The notes beneath the pieces are model-generated. The model was not told where the DNA came from. It saw nothing but the letters and a program-made list of their open reading frames with translations, and searched no databases. This document shows, piece after piece, positions 38,635 through 47,088 of a stretch of 64,000 nucleotides of DNA (position 1 is the first letter of the stretch; the number at the start of each line of letters is the position of its first letter). A program made the translations under genes and the position numbers. Source of the DNA: Methanobacteriota archaeon (GTDB lineage: Archaea; Thermoplasmatota; Poseidoniia; Poseidoniales; Thalassarchaeaceae); assembly GCA_011523055.1 (NCBI GenBank), contig WTHQ01000019.1, positions 25,282 through 89,281 on the forward strand. The letters run 5' to 3'.

Positions 38635-39882
38635 TCAATTCCAAGGGTACCTCAGAATGGCTGCTATCCCACCAAAGCTGTTGGCAAGAGTCGCCCCTTC
38701 TTCAGAATCTAGAGACACTAAGGAGACATTTGACGAGGTCCTTGCCGCCAAGAGGCTCAACTCATCCACTATATCCATGGTCCTCTCTTCGTCCTCATTT
38801 GGGGAACCAGTGCCACACTTCGGGCAGTCTGGTATGTCAGATCTTGATTGCTGTGAAGTCTCCCACTCGTGGTCACAGGCCTTGCAGGCCCATCCAACTC
38901 GTCGTATCCTCAACCCCTCTGAAAGTAACAGTGTCTCCACTGCCCCTTGTTCCAGGGCAGCCCTGATGAAAACCTCCCCGAACGTTGCCTTGGGGTTAGT
39001 TTGCATGACTTCTCTCAAGAACCTATCAACGAGTTCTCTTTCGGCGTCTAAGTCGATTTTATCCATTAGTGAGCCAGCCCTTTGAACGAGCTCCCTCAAG
39101 CCACTCTCATTCGAGTATCCAACATCAAAGTAGGGCTCCCTAACCAGTTTCTTTATTTCATGGTGGAGGTAGTCGTTTTTCATCACGAAGTCCTTGGTCC
39201 CACCTGGCCCTCCGACGATGATCCCCCGGATGTTCTCAATGTTAGGTAGCCAGTAGGAGCAGGCGTGCTCGGTTGCTCTCTTGAAGAAGTTGTGGGCTGC
39301 CTCTTCAATTAGCCTCTCGAATCTCTGAGCTGATTGGCCCCCTTGCCTGTGTTTTCCCATTATGTTGCTCTGCAGTTCTTCCTGGCAGTGGATCCTCTTT
39401 CCTGTCGCTATCCCGTAAGCAGCTTCACCCCTGTCAATAACAAAAAGCCCGTATGACGTTCGATCGATCAACATCTCCTCGAGTTGTGAAATCTCGAAGC
39501 TCGAGTCGCACCTATACCTGAACGATTGGAGTGTGTCAGGGGGGTCATCAAGTACTATCGAGGCTAACCTAGTTTTGTTGTTCCCGATGATCACGTGTCC
39601 CACAAACAGGGCAATGCCCCTCTCTCCAGGGGTATTGTAGCGATTCAAGGTCGCTATAGCCGATTCAATGGCGTCCTGAACGTGTTTTTTCGTGGACTTG
39701 GACTTGATGTTTGCAGCCTGCCCTGCCTCTTGAGATAGCTGTTGCCTGACATCGTGTATCTTTTTGTCTGGGGGAATTATCACGGAAACAAGTTCTGTCC
39801 CCATCCCCTTCATTCCCCTCAGATCCTCAAGGGCCTTCTTCAGCCTTAGTCGACGATATTGCTGTTCGGGATCGTCGGACAT
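38635..39882 (-). CDS. prf1: peptide chain release factor aRF1
   Basis: NIKS motif (AANIKSKSTKK) and GGQ motif (HRQGGQSAQRF). Start set at MSDDPEQQYRRLRLKK by comparison with canonical aRF1 N-termini; the ORF extends to 39999. Confidence 0.9.
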   Translation of the reverse strand: MSDDPEQQYRRLRLKKALEDLRGMKGMGTELVSVIIPPDKKIHDVRQQLSQEAGQAANIKSKSTKKHVQDAIESAIATLNRYNTPGERGIALFVGHVIIGNNKTRLASIVLDDPPDTLQSFRYRCDSSFEISQLEEMLIDRTSYGLFVIDRGEAAYGIATGKRIHCQEELQSNIMGKHRQGGQSAQRFERLIEEAAHNFFKRATEHACSYWLPNIENIRGIIVGGPGGTKDFVMKNDYLHHEIKKLVREPYFDVGYSNESGLRELVQRAGSLMDKIDLDAERELVDRFLREVMQTNPKATFGEVFIRAALEQGAVETLLLSEGLRIRRVGWACKACDHEWETSQQSRSDIPDCPKCGTGSPNEDEERTMDIVDELSLLAARTSSNVSLVSLDSEEGATLANSFGGIAAILRYPWN

Positions 39883-39977
39883 GGATACGACCTGTATCCA
39901 ACCCAGAGGGCTAGATTGATGAAGGCTGTGGGGGGAGTCGACGAGTTCTTGATATCCGTTGACCCTTTGGGGTTGCC

Positions 39978-40679
39978 GTGGACGCTTGTGTTCTGGCACT
40001 CGGAGGGAGTCTGCTGACTGATGATTCCACGGTTTTTGGGGATTGGATCAGGGGAGTGGCTAGAATATTGGAGCCCAGATCCCCACCCATGCACCCCACT
40101 GTTGTTGTGGTTGGCGGGGGCGTATCTGCCAGGAAGGGCATCAGCATGGTAATCAATTCTACCGACAACCCATTGGCTCATGACAGGGTGGGAATTTCCG
40201 CTACACGCTTGAATGCAACAATCATCCGAGAATGTTTGTCAGCATACGGAATAATCGTGGCCGAAAGGTTGCCAAGTAGCGCCTCCGAAGCGGTTGAGAT
40301 CTCGAGCAATGGAGTGGTTGTCATGGGTGGCACCCATCCAGGGCATACAACTGATTACGTGGCAATCGAGGTCGCTTCAAAATTCTCTGCAGGAAATTGT
40401 ATCATAGCCACGAATGTATCACATGTTTATTCCTCTGACCCCAAAGTTGACCCGGATGCTATGCCCATGGAGATGGTGGACCACGAAACTTTGAGGCAAC
40501 TGGTTGGAGAGCCTGGCGATCACCAGGCCGGAGGGAGGTCTGTCGTTGACCCAGTGGGGGCGGCCTTGGCCAGAGAGAAGAAGATTGAGCTCTCCATCCT
40601 AGATGGAAAGGACCTTGTTGCTCTAGAATCTGCCATAATCGGGAACAAGTTCCGGGGCACGCGAGTGACGAACAATTGA
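39978..40679 (+). CDS. pyrH: uridylate (UMP) kinase, archaeal type
   Basis: Amino-acid-kinase-fold motifs: VLALGGS, VVVVGGG, TDYVAIEVA, ATNVSHVYSSDP, VDPVGAALAREKKIELSILDG. Confidence 0.8.
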   Translation: MDACVLALGGSLLTDDSTVFGDWIRGVARILEPRSPPMHPTVVVVGGGVSARKGISMVINSTDNPLAHDRVGISATRLNATIIRECLSAYGIIVAERLPSSASEAVEISSNGVVVMGGTHPGHTTDYVAIEVASKFSAGNCIIATNVSHVYSSDPKVDPDAMPMEMVDHETLRQLVGEPGDHQAGGRSVVDPVGAALAREKKIELSILDGKDLVALESAIIGNKFRGTRVTNN

Positions 40680-40909
40680 TGGGTGGAACTGTGTCACAGA
40701 ACAGAAAGAGTCGGAATACATTGACTCCCCACCGGCACTGCACCGTTTGTTGGACGCCCATCCCCTTGGATAGGGACCCTGCCATTTGCAGGGAGGAGGC
40801 TTGTGCGGTCACACAATCTAAGCGCGAAGCGTCAAGAAAGCGCTTCACGATCATGCTGTACCTGTTTCCCGCAATTGCGTTGGTTCTGGCCTTCCTGTCA
40901 GCAATGTAG
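40676..40909 (+). CDS. small zinc-ribbon membrane protein (77 aa)
   Basis: Start overlaps the pyrH stop (TGATG). CTVCW...CREEAC four-Cys cluster followed by C-terminal TM helix LYLFPAIALVLAFLSAM. Confidence 0.4.
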   Translation: MMGGTVSQNRKSRNTLTPHRHCTVCWTPIPLDRDPAICREEACAVTQSKREASRKRFTIMLYLFPAIALVLAFLSAM

Positions 40910-40940
40910 GCGCAATCATCATTTCACATAGCCCCTGACC

Positions 40941-41531
40941 GTGGCCATGCGAGTCGTGCGTGTACTGTCCATACTGCCCGGTGCTGTTGGGGTGGCTTGC
41001 ATGCTGATAGGGGGGTTGAGCACCCTTGGTTTCAGCCTCGACTCGGAAAGGATAGAGATTCCAATCGTGCCTTGCAGTGATGCCTCTGAGGAGGGTTGTC
41101 TTGTGGGCATGACGGGGTCTGACCTAGACGTTCCTGGAGGCTTTATCCTATTGGACGTCAAGATGGGAATCGAATGGAGCGAGCCGTCGAAGAGTTGGAT
41201 AGGAGTGGTGGATTCTGCTTATGCGGAGGATTGCCCCCCCAACTCGGATGGTCTGACGCCATGCAACAAAGACGATTTCCAATACATATCGGGCGGACCT
41301 GACGCAGACGGTGAGTTTTCACTGGATCTTCAACCAGGGTCATACAGATTTGTTTCTGCAGGCAAGGAAGGGGCAGATCTCGATGAGCAACTGGTGGTGA
41401 TTCAACCCGTGATAGCACTAGCCCCTTTCTTGGAGTTGGTTCTGATGATAGTTGGGCTAGTACTCCTCATTTGCGCCATTGAAATGATTTACCCGGTAGA
41501 GGTTTTGTGGAGAAGATTCCAAAAAATCTGA
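40941..41531 (+). CDS. hypothetical secreted/membrane-anchored protein (196 aa)
   Basis: N-terminal hydrophobic segment VLSILPGAVGVACMLIGGL. C-terminal TM LAPFLELVLMIVGLVLLICAI. Confidence 0.45.
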   Translation: MAMRVVRVLSILPGAVGVACMLIGGLSTLGFSLDSERIEIPIVPCSDASEEGCLVGMTGSDLDVPGGFILLDVKMGIEWSEPSKSWIGVVDSAYAEDCPPNSDGLTPCNKDDFQYISGGPDADGEFSLDLQPGSYRFVSAGKEGADLDEQLVVIQPVIALAPFLELVLMIVGLVLLICAIEMIYPVEVLWRRFQKI

Positions 41532-41575
41532 TTCCACAGGGTTTCATTGAATAACCCCTTTGCTTTGAGAGTGTC

Positions 41576-41695
41576 ATGAAGTCCCAGAAATGTGCTAACT
41601 GCAACACACCTGTTGAGGTTGAGGGGCTCCCAAGGTCATATGGTGGATTTTACCTGTATTGCAAGGTCTGTGGAAACAATTGGCTAGTCGAATAA
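41576..41695 (+). CDS. small zinc-ribbon protein (39 aa), not in the supplied ORF track
   Basis: MKSQKCANCNTPVEVEGLPRSYGGFYLYCKVCGNNWLVE*, with CxxC...CxxC. Its 3' end overlaps the convergent NOG1 gene stop by a few nt. Confidence 0.4.
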   Translation: MKSQKCANCNTPVEVEGLPRSYGGFYLYCKVCGNNWLVE

Positions 41696-42748
41696 GACCT
41701 CTTTGATCTCATTATCCTCTCTGTGCCAACCTTCTGGCAACTCAAGAGGGTCCCCCACTGCATCCGCGTCGATCTCATGCACAAGCCGCTCACGCAACTC
41801 TTCCAGACCAAACGATTCTATCGAGCTGACCTTGATCGCACCCGGTATGCTCCCTTCAAAATGTAAGTCTGATTTTGAATGAATCAGCAGAATTTTCCGC
41901 GCACGAATCAATGTCTTTACCTCATCTAACAGACTAAATTGTTCGTCGAGGTCAGTCCCTCCTGATCCCGAGGGGTCGATGAGGAACAGTACTACATCCC
42001 CCACATTCTCCAAGGCAGCTATGGCTTGCATCTCAATAGCATTACGTTGATCATTCGGACGGTCTAGGAGGCCAGGGGTATCGACCATCTGGTACTTCCT
42101 CCTTCTGTGCACAAAATGACCTAGGTGGAGCCTCTTGGTGGTAAATGGGTAGGCCGCAACTTCAGGATCCCCAGAAGATAATGCTGTGATCAATGCGGAT
42201 TTGCCTACGTTAGGGGAGCCTGCGACGACTATGCAGGGATCGCTTGCGTCGATAGAGGGCAATTCGCGAAGTACGTCTCTAGCACGGTTCAGCCACTCTA
42301 GTTCAGGGCCCAATTGCTCCAGAACTGATGCGAACCTACCATATGCAGACCTCCTACTATTGTGAAATTCTTCTATTTTCCTTATTCTCAGCATTTCAGA
42401 TTGAATTCTTCCTGAAATTTTCCTGATTTGTTCTGCCCCCCATTGTATGGCCCCCAAATTCTTCCTGTATTCATCAGCGCCAACGGATGCGTCGATCAGG
42501 GCTTGGTCGAAATCCGAGAGAGAATTTAGACTTGGCCACTTTGAAACCCAGTCCAATAGTGTGGTAGCTATTGTATCTGAGGATGATTGTACCATCCTAT
42601 TCATTTGTTTTCTGACTCTGTGATATTTGTCCGGATCGTCGACCAATCCTGACATCTTGCTCGCACGTCGAAAGGACTTGTCAATTATTTCCTGGGGGAG
42701 TAAAACCGTTGGAATTTTCCTCCATTCCGCAGTAGCCACGATTACCAC
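41684..42748 (-). CDS. NOG1-family GTP-binding protein
   Basis: G1 VVAGSPNVGKSALI, G2 FTTK, G3 DTPGLLDRP, G4 HSKSD. NOG1-type N-terminal helical domain. Confidence 0.8.
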   Translation of the reverse strand: MVIVATAEWRKIPTVLLPQEIIDKSFRRASKMSGLVDDPDKYHRVRKQMNRMVQSSSDTIATTLLDWVSKWPSLNSLSDFDQALIDASVGADEYRKNLGAIQWGAEQIRKISGRIQSEMLRIRKIEEFHNSRRSAYGRFASVLEQLGPELEWLNRARDVLRELPSIDASDPCIVVAGSPNVGKSALITALSSGDPEVAAYPFTTKRLHLGHFVHRRRKYQMVDTPGLLDRPNDQRNAIEMQAIAALENVGDVVLFLIDPSGSGGTDLDEQFSLLDEVKTLIRARKILLIHSKSDLHFEGSIPGAIKVSSIESFGLEELRERLVHEIDADAVGDPLELPEGWHREDNEIKEVLFD

Positions 42749-42845
42749 CCAAGAGGCCCTGCTAAGGCTTTGGTATTGAATTGCATTGATTACGAATACA
42801 CTACGTCCCGTCTTCCTTATTTATCCCGGATGTTGGGCGTTGGTC

Positions 42846-43295
42846 ATGGCTGGTGGGAACCCCAAGGATGAAGCGGTGGTACCGGACTGGGCGATTGACC
42901 TGTACAAATCATACGGATCCCCGGATCTATCAACTCACGACGACGTGTATGTGGGCCCATTGATAGGCCGGAAGTCGGGATTGAGGAAAGACGACATAGT
43001 CGAGATGGTCATTGATGCCCGTGCTGTCAGGGAGGAACAGCAGAATGTGATTAGAGGCATGTTGATTTCCACGGGTCGAAGCTCAATTGACCTGTTGGAT
43101 GAGGACGGTAGTTTCCGCTCATTTTCCCGGGATGTCGTTGTTGAAATCCGCCTAATTGCCCACATGCGACCACAATACATCGACGATGATGAGCTTCTCT
43201 TCTTTGAGCGAGAAGATATGCGAAGAAGGACGAGCGTCAGCGAGCAGGCCGAAAGGAAAGCAGATGGACATGATGACTCACATGTCTGGGGTTGA
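42846..43295 (+). CDS. hypothetical protein
   Basis: ORF divergent from the NOG1 gene. Start chosen at MAGGNPKD. No motif recognised. Confidence 0.4.
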   Translation: MAGGNPKDEAVVPDWAIDLYKSYGSPDLSTHDDVYVGPLIGRKSGLRKDDIVEMVIDARAVREEQQNVIRGMLISTGRSSIDLLDEDGSFRSFSRDVVVEIRLIAHMRPQYIDDDELLFFEREDMRRRTSVSEQAERKADGHDDSHVWG

Positions 43296-43299
43296 TTTG

Positions 43300-43632
43300 A
43301 TGTCGACTCTATCAGACAAAAAATGCGTACCATGCCAAGGGGGCGTCCCTTCCCTCTCAGAAACTGAGATAATGCAGTTGATGCCAGAACTCAATCAATC
43401 TTGGAAGGTGATTGACAATCACCATCTCAAGAGATCATTTGGATTCCCGGATTTCTCCTCTGCCCTCTCATTCGTGAACCAAGTAGGAGAAATCTGTGAA
43501 GAACAAGGACACCATGCTGACTTTGAGCTTGGATGGGGCCGGGTCGTGGTCCTGATTTGGACTCACAAGATAGACGGTCTCGTGGAGTCTGATTTCATAT
43601 TAGCCTCGAAAATAGACGAAATCGGTGTATGA
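43300..43632 (+). CDS. pterin-4a-carbinolamine dehydratase (PCD/DCoH)
   Basis: PCD signature EEQGHHADFELGWGRVVVLIWTHKIDGL. Start set at MSTLSDKK; the ORF track starts earlier in a frame overlapping the upstream gene. Confidence 0.75.
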   Translation: MSTLSDKKCVPCQGGVPSLSETEIMQLMPELNQSWKVIDNHHLKRSFGFPDFSSALSFVNQVGEICEEQGHHADFELGWGRVVVLIWTHKIDGLVESDFILASKIDEIGV

Positions 43633-43918
43633 GATGGATGATGGGGGTCTGCGCATTCATGCGTTCATATGCACGAACAATCGCGATCCTGCCCATCCGA
43701 AGAAATCCTGTGGTTCCAGAGGGGCATTGGATATATTGTCACAACTAAAGAAGATGGCTAGAGAGTCTGGATTGAATGATGTTAGGATCAATAAATCTGG
43801 CTGTCTGGGCAAGTGCGAGGAGGGGCCCGCATGCGTTGTGTACCCAGAGGGGAATTGGCACAGACTCTCCCTAGACGAAGATGAGATGAGGAATTTCGTT
43901 CTCGGTCTGAGTGAGTAA
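43625..43918 (+). CDS. thioredoxin-like [2Fe-2S] ferredoxin
   Basis: Cys at positions 16, 29, 60 and 64 (spacing 13 and 4), matching the Trx-like 2Fe-2S ferredoxin ligand pattern. Contains GCLGKCEEGP. Confidence 0.6.
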   Translation: MYEMDDGGLRIHAFICTNNRDPAHPKKSCGSRGALDILSQLKKMARESGLNDVRINKSGCLGKCEEGPACVVYPEGNWHRLSLDEDEMRNFVLGLSE

Positions 43919-43954
43919 TCAGTTTCCTAATTTTCTCAATCTCTGGCTCCATGT

Positions 43955-45016
43955 CTACAGCGCGAAGTACGCTTCTATACCCGGAACATTGGAAACGGCA
44001 TCACCGTATGTCTGCAAGTGCATCTCAGCATTTGTGGGGATTAGTTCCTCAGTGTCCAACAAGTCCCTGAGAATCTCTTTACCTACTTGATCATCACTCA
44101 GCGAGGCTAGTGCCTGCTGAATTGTAATTACTGTCATAGCATCCATGTTGGCTGGGTTGTAAATTGCAGGATGGCTTGGGGCCTGGGCGAAAGGCGGGAG
44201 CATAACAACCTCGTCCCTCTCGAGGCACCAGTCGTAAGCGAGATCACCTTCGCAATGAGAGTCGAATGTCGTGTCCTTAACTAATGCAACGTCGCCAGTT
44301 CCATCCATCATGCACCTCATTGCACCCATGTAGGAGGAATATGGAGTACTTCCCCTGGGTATGCTTGAGTCTTCGGAGAAGAAATTTTGCACTGTTGCCT
44401 CCAAGGAGTCGATCTCCTCCGGATCACCAACGACTTGCGCATATCCATTTCCAATGAGGTAGCCCATAGGAATCAACATGCCCGCGGATTTCAGCCACCC
44501 AGTGTGACATGACGTTTTACCCTCCATCTTGGCAAATGGGTCTGTATCAGGATCGTCGTCTGAGTATGCTGATGCAATGTCGGAGTCGGCCCTTACCCAA
44601 GCCGTGGCGTTGTAGTACGTTCGTCCATCAGACTTCGTCTCAGCCGCCAACACATCCAGGCCATAAACCTCCCATGCCAACCACGCAGCAGCGCCATCCA
44701 TGAATCCTATGTCCGCATTGCCCTTGTCTATCGCCTCGATCATTGATCCAGAATCTGGGACAGGATAGATCTCCACGCCCCATTGATCACCTAGGATTAG
44801 GCTCAACTTGTCGGCTAGATGTTGGGGGTTGGTATCCAAATTGCTGTAGTCTTCCTGCACTTGGTAGGCGATTGTAAGGCAATTCTTCCCTTCACTGCAT
44901 TCGCCGTCATCTTGCTCACTTATGCCCATGAATACACCGACCATTAAGATCAGCAAAATCACAATTGAAATCCACTGTTTTTCTTTGGACGCCGTAGTCA
45001 AACCAGACGTTGCCAT
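43955..45016 (-). CDS. membrane-anchored single-lobe transferrin-family protein
   Basis: Motif-by-motif match to a transferrin lobe: TYYNATAWV (cf. FYYAVAVV), KTSCHTGWLKSAGMLIPMGYL (cf. [20 protein letters not shown]), NFFS, GDVALVKDTTF (cf. GDVAFVKHST), AQAPSHPAIY (cf. AQVPSHTVVA). Putative Fe ligands Asp/Tyr/Tyr/His conserved. N-terminal TM WISIVILLILMVGVFMGI. Confidence 0.7.
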   Translation of the reverse strand: MATSGLTTASKEKQWISIVILLILMVGVFMGISEQDDGECSEGKNCLTIAYQVQEDYSNLDTNPQHLADKLSLILGDQWGVEIYPVPDSGSMIEAIDKGNADIGFMDGAAAWLAWEVYGLDVLAAETKSDGRTYYNATAWVRADSDIASAYSDDDPDTDPFAKMEGKTSCHTGWLKSAGMLIPMGYLIGNGYAQVVGDPEEIDSLEATVQNFFSEDSSIPRGSTPYSSYMGAMRCMMDGTGDVALVKDTTFDSHCEGDLAYDWCLERDEVVMLPPFAQAPSHPAIYNPANMDAMTVITIQQALASLSDDQVGKEILRDLLDTEELIPTNAEMHLQTYGDAVSNVPGIEAYFAL

Positions 45017-45029
45017 GGGGCGGCGAAAA

Positions 45030-45062
45030 TGTGATCTTCAATAAAGATTAGGTTAGCCTAAA
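45030..45062 (-). promoter_or_regulatory. putative archaeal TATA/BRE promoter for the transferrin-like gene
   Basis: AT-rich AAAAATTATAAATTATTTG about 20-45 nt upstream of the start at 45016. On the minus strand it reads TTTATAATTTTT. Confidence 0.25.
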
Positions 45063-45082
45063 AATTATAAATTATTTGTGAT

Positions 45083-46570
45083 TCACACACTCGGATCAGC
45101 TAAAATAGGGTTTTCAACATACAGACTCGGTCCGCTGCTGAGATAGCACATGACTCCTCTCCGACTCCGGGAGTCTTCTGGAGTCGAGTCGTCCCCAGAT
45201 GCACAGGATCCGGTACAACCATCTGCGAATGCTATGAAAACTCGGCCATCCCTGTCTATGTGTAGGTCATTGAAGTCCAGGAGGTTCCTATTGGACCCCC
45301 CGATATCCCTGCAATCACCACTATTCAGGCAAATGCTCCCAATTTGTACGGGATCCGATGTGACTCTATGTGTCTGAAACACTGGATTGGCATCCAGAGC
45401 GTTCAAGCTGTAAGTTACGTAGAGGTGGTATGTCACGTTGGAGTTTGCGTAATGGGCATTCCCATCCCATGGCTCTCCATCTAGGTTTGGTTGACCAATT
45501 TGGGATGAATTCTCGCTACCGAGGTATGTGATGGCTATCCTTCCTGGGTCTCCTGCGTCCACTTGAGGGAAAACAGACGAGATAATCTCCACGGGGCTTA
45601 TCCTGATGCTATCTTGCTCCCATGTCTCCCCAGAATCCGTACTCCTCGACATGTAGACCCCCTCGTCGGCACCGGTCCAGATGTGGTAAGCGTTGGACTG
45701 TGTGTCGGTTGCTACTTCTGAGTTCTTACGGGGGTACGGGGTGCCTGAATCCTCACCCATGGTCTCTGCAAACCAAGTAAACCCATTGTCCTTTGAAACG
45801 ATGACCGTCGGGGTCTCCACCCTCGGGGTGACGTACACCGTCCCGTCAGGTGCAGAGGTGATTGCTCCATGGAGTCCGCCATCCGTGGTGGCAAGTCCGA
45901 TTACCTGGCCTCCAGCCTCGAATGACGCGCCCCCGTCAAAGCTCGTGAAACAGAAAATTCCTGCCAATTTGTTGTAGCAGTAGTAGACCGCTTGATCATA
46001 AAAGGACTGTGATACTTGGCCAAAGGCCCCATAGCCACTCGTCGTCCAAGGACCTGTTGCCAATTTGATATGATCATTTATTGGAGTCGTTCCTGAATCG
46101 TGGGGGTTACCGATCCAAGTGTCGCCATCATCATCGCTCCAACAAATCCAAGAGGTTTCCAGACCTTGCATTTGAACGTTGAATATCCTATCTGTGACTG
46201 GGTCAACCCAACCCCATGGGTCATTGGTTTGAAATGCGCACATTGGTCCGGTGACATCCTCCCAGGTCTCGCCATAATCACATGATCTCATGACTTTTTC
46301 AAATGCGATAAAGAATACGCATCCCGTTGAGGTCACCCCGATACTGGGCTCTGCTCCGTCTTGGCCCACGTCACTTAGGTTGAATACCATCCTGATTGGC
46401 TCCATGTCAATCGGCAAACCATCAGCTCCAGTTACGAACACGCCCTCCATCTCTGTTGGGGGGGTCGGCTCGGCGAGCTGCTTGCTGTTTTGAAGGCAAC
46501 CCGATGCCGGCATCAGGGCTAACATCAGGGCAAATGAGACTGCGATCCCTTGTCGGTTCACAGGTTGCAT
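45083..46570 (-). CDS. secreted BNR/Asp-box repeat (sialidase-like beta-propeller) protein, probable lipoprotein
   Basis: Signal peptide with Cys (ALMLALMPASGC). Asp-box motifs SRSTDSGETW, CDYGETWEDV, DDDGDTWIG, DNGFTWF, SFDGGASF. Confidence 0.7.
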   Translation of the reverse strand: MQPVNRQGIAVSFALMLALMPASGCLQNSKQLAEPTPPTEMEGVFVTGADGLPIDMEPIRMVFNLSDVGQDGAEPSIGVTSTGCVFFIAFEKVMRSCDYGETWEDVTGPMCAFQTNDPWGWVDPVTDRIFNVQMQGLETSWICWSDDDGDTWIGNPHDSGTTPINDHIKLATGPWTTSGYGAFGQVSQSFYDQAVYYCYNKLAGIFCFTSFDGGASFEAGGQVIGLATTDGGLHGAITSAPDGTVYVTPRVETPTVIVSKDNGFTWFAETMGEDSGTPYPRKNSEVATDTQSNAYHIWTGADEGVYMSRSTDSGETWEQDSIRISPVEIISSVFPQVDAGDPGRIAITYLGSENSSQIGQPNLDGEPWDGNAHYANSNVTYHLYVTYSLNALDANPVFQTHRVTSDPVQIGSICLNSGDCRDIGGSNRNLLDFNDLHIDRDGRVFIAFADGCTGSCASGDDSTPEDSRSRRGVMCYLSSGPSLYVENPILADPSV

Positions 46571-46625
46571 TCATGACAGGTGAACTTGAACTCTACTGAA
46601 CTTTGTCCGATATCAATCGGTGTCA

Positions 46626-47036
46626 TTACAATCTAACAGGCCTAGTGGCTCCGCAAGCCTGGCACTTCAGTAAGGTTGTGCGATCTTCCTTGATGAAGCG
46701 AGTGTCTGGTGCCCTGCATTGACCACAGAGGATGTAGTTCTTGACATAGGCGACTATTTTCTCCTTGATACGCTTGGGGGGCACTCTGCCCTTCAGCAAT
46801 ATTCTGGTATTTTCCTGAGTACCTGATGTTCCCAACTCGTTGATCAGAAACTGATAAACATGATTTGGGTCTCGATCCATCGAGTCCACGATTGAAGAAA
46901 AGTTCCGCAAGATGGTTTGATTGCCCTCCAACAAGATCTCAGGCTCGGGCATGGTCCACCTTGCCCTTTCACTGATGTCCTTGGGTATGAGGCCACGGGC
47001 CCGGTCGAGTAGTGACTCATAATCGAACGATCCCAT
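46626..47036 (-). CDS. translation initiation factor 2 subunit beta
   Basis: eIF2B_5 domain with C-terminal zinc ribbon YILCGQCRAPDT...LKCQACGA. Confidence 0.85.
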   Translation of the reverse strand: MGSFDYESLLDRARGLIPKDISERARWTMPEPEILLEGNQTILRNFSSIVDSMDRDPNHVYQFLINELGTSGTQENTRILLKGRVPPKRIKEKIVAYVKNYILCGQCRAPDTRFIKEDRTTLLKCQACGATRPVRL

Positions 47037-47088
47037 GGCCCAGCGTGCAGACTATCCCTTTTCACCCCACCGGAGATGATATTGGTAA

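Noticed and set aside
40459-40854. 131-aa minus-strand ORF (Trp/Arg/Pro-rich) between pyrH and the next gene
   Set aside because: Low-complexity composition, and it overlaps the better-supported plus-strand zinc-ribbon ORF and the pyrH 3' end.
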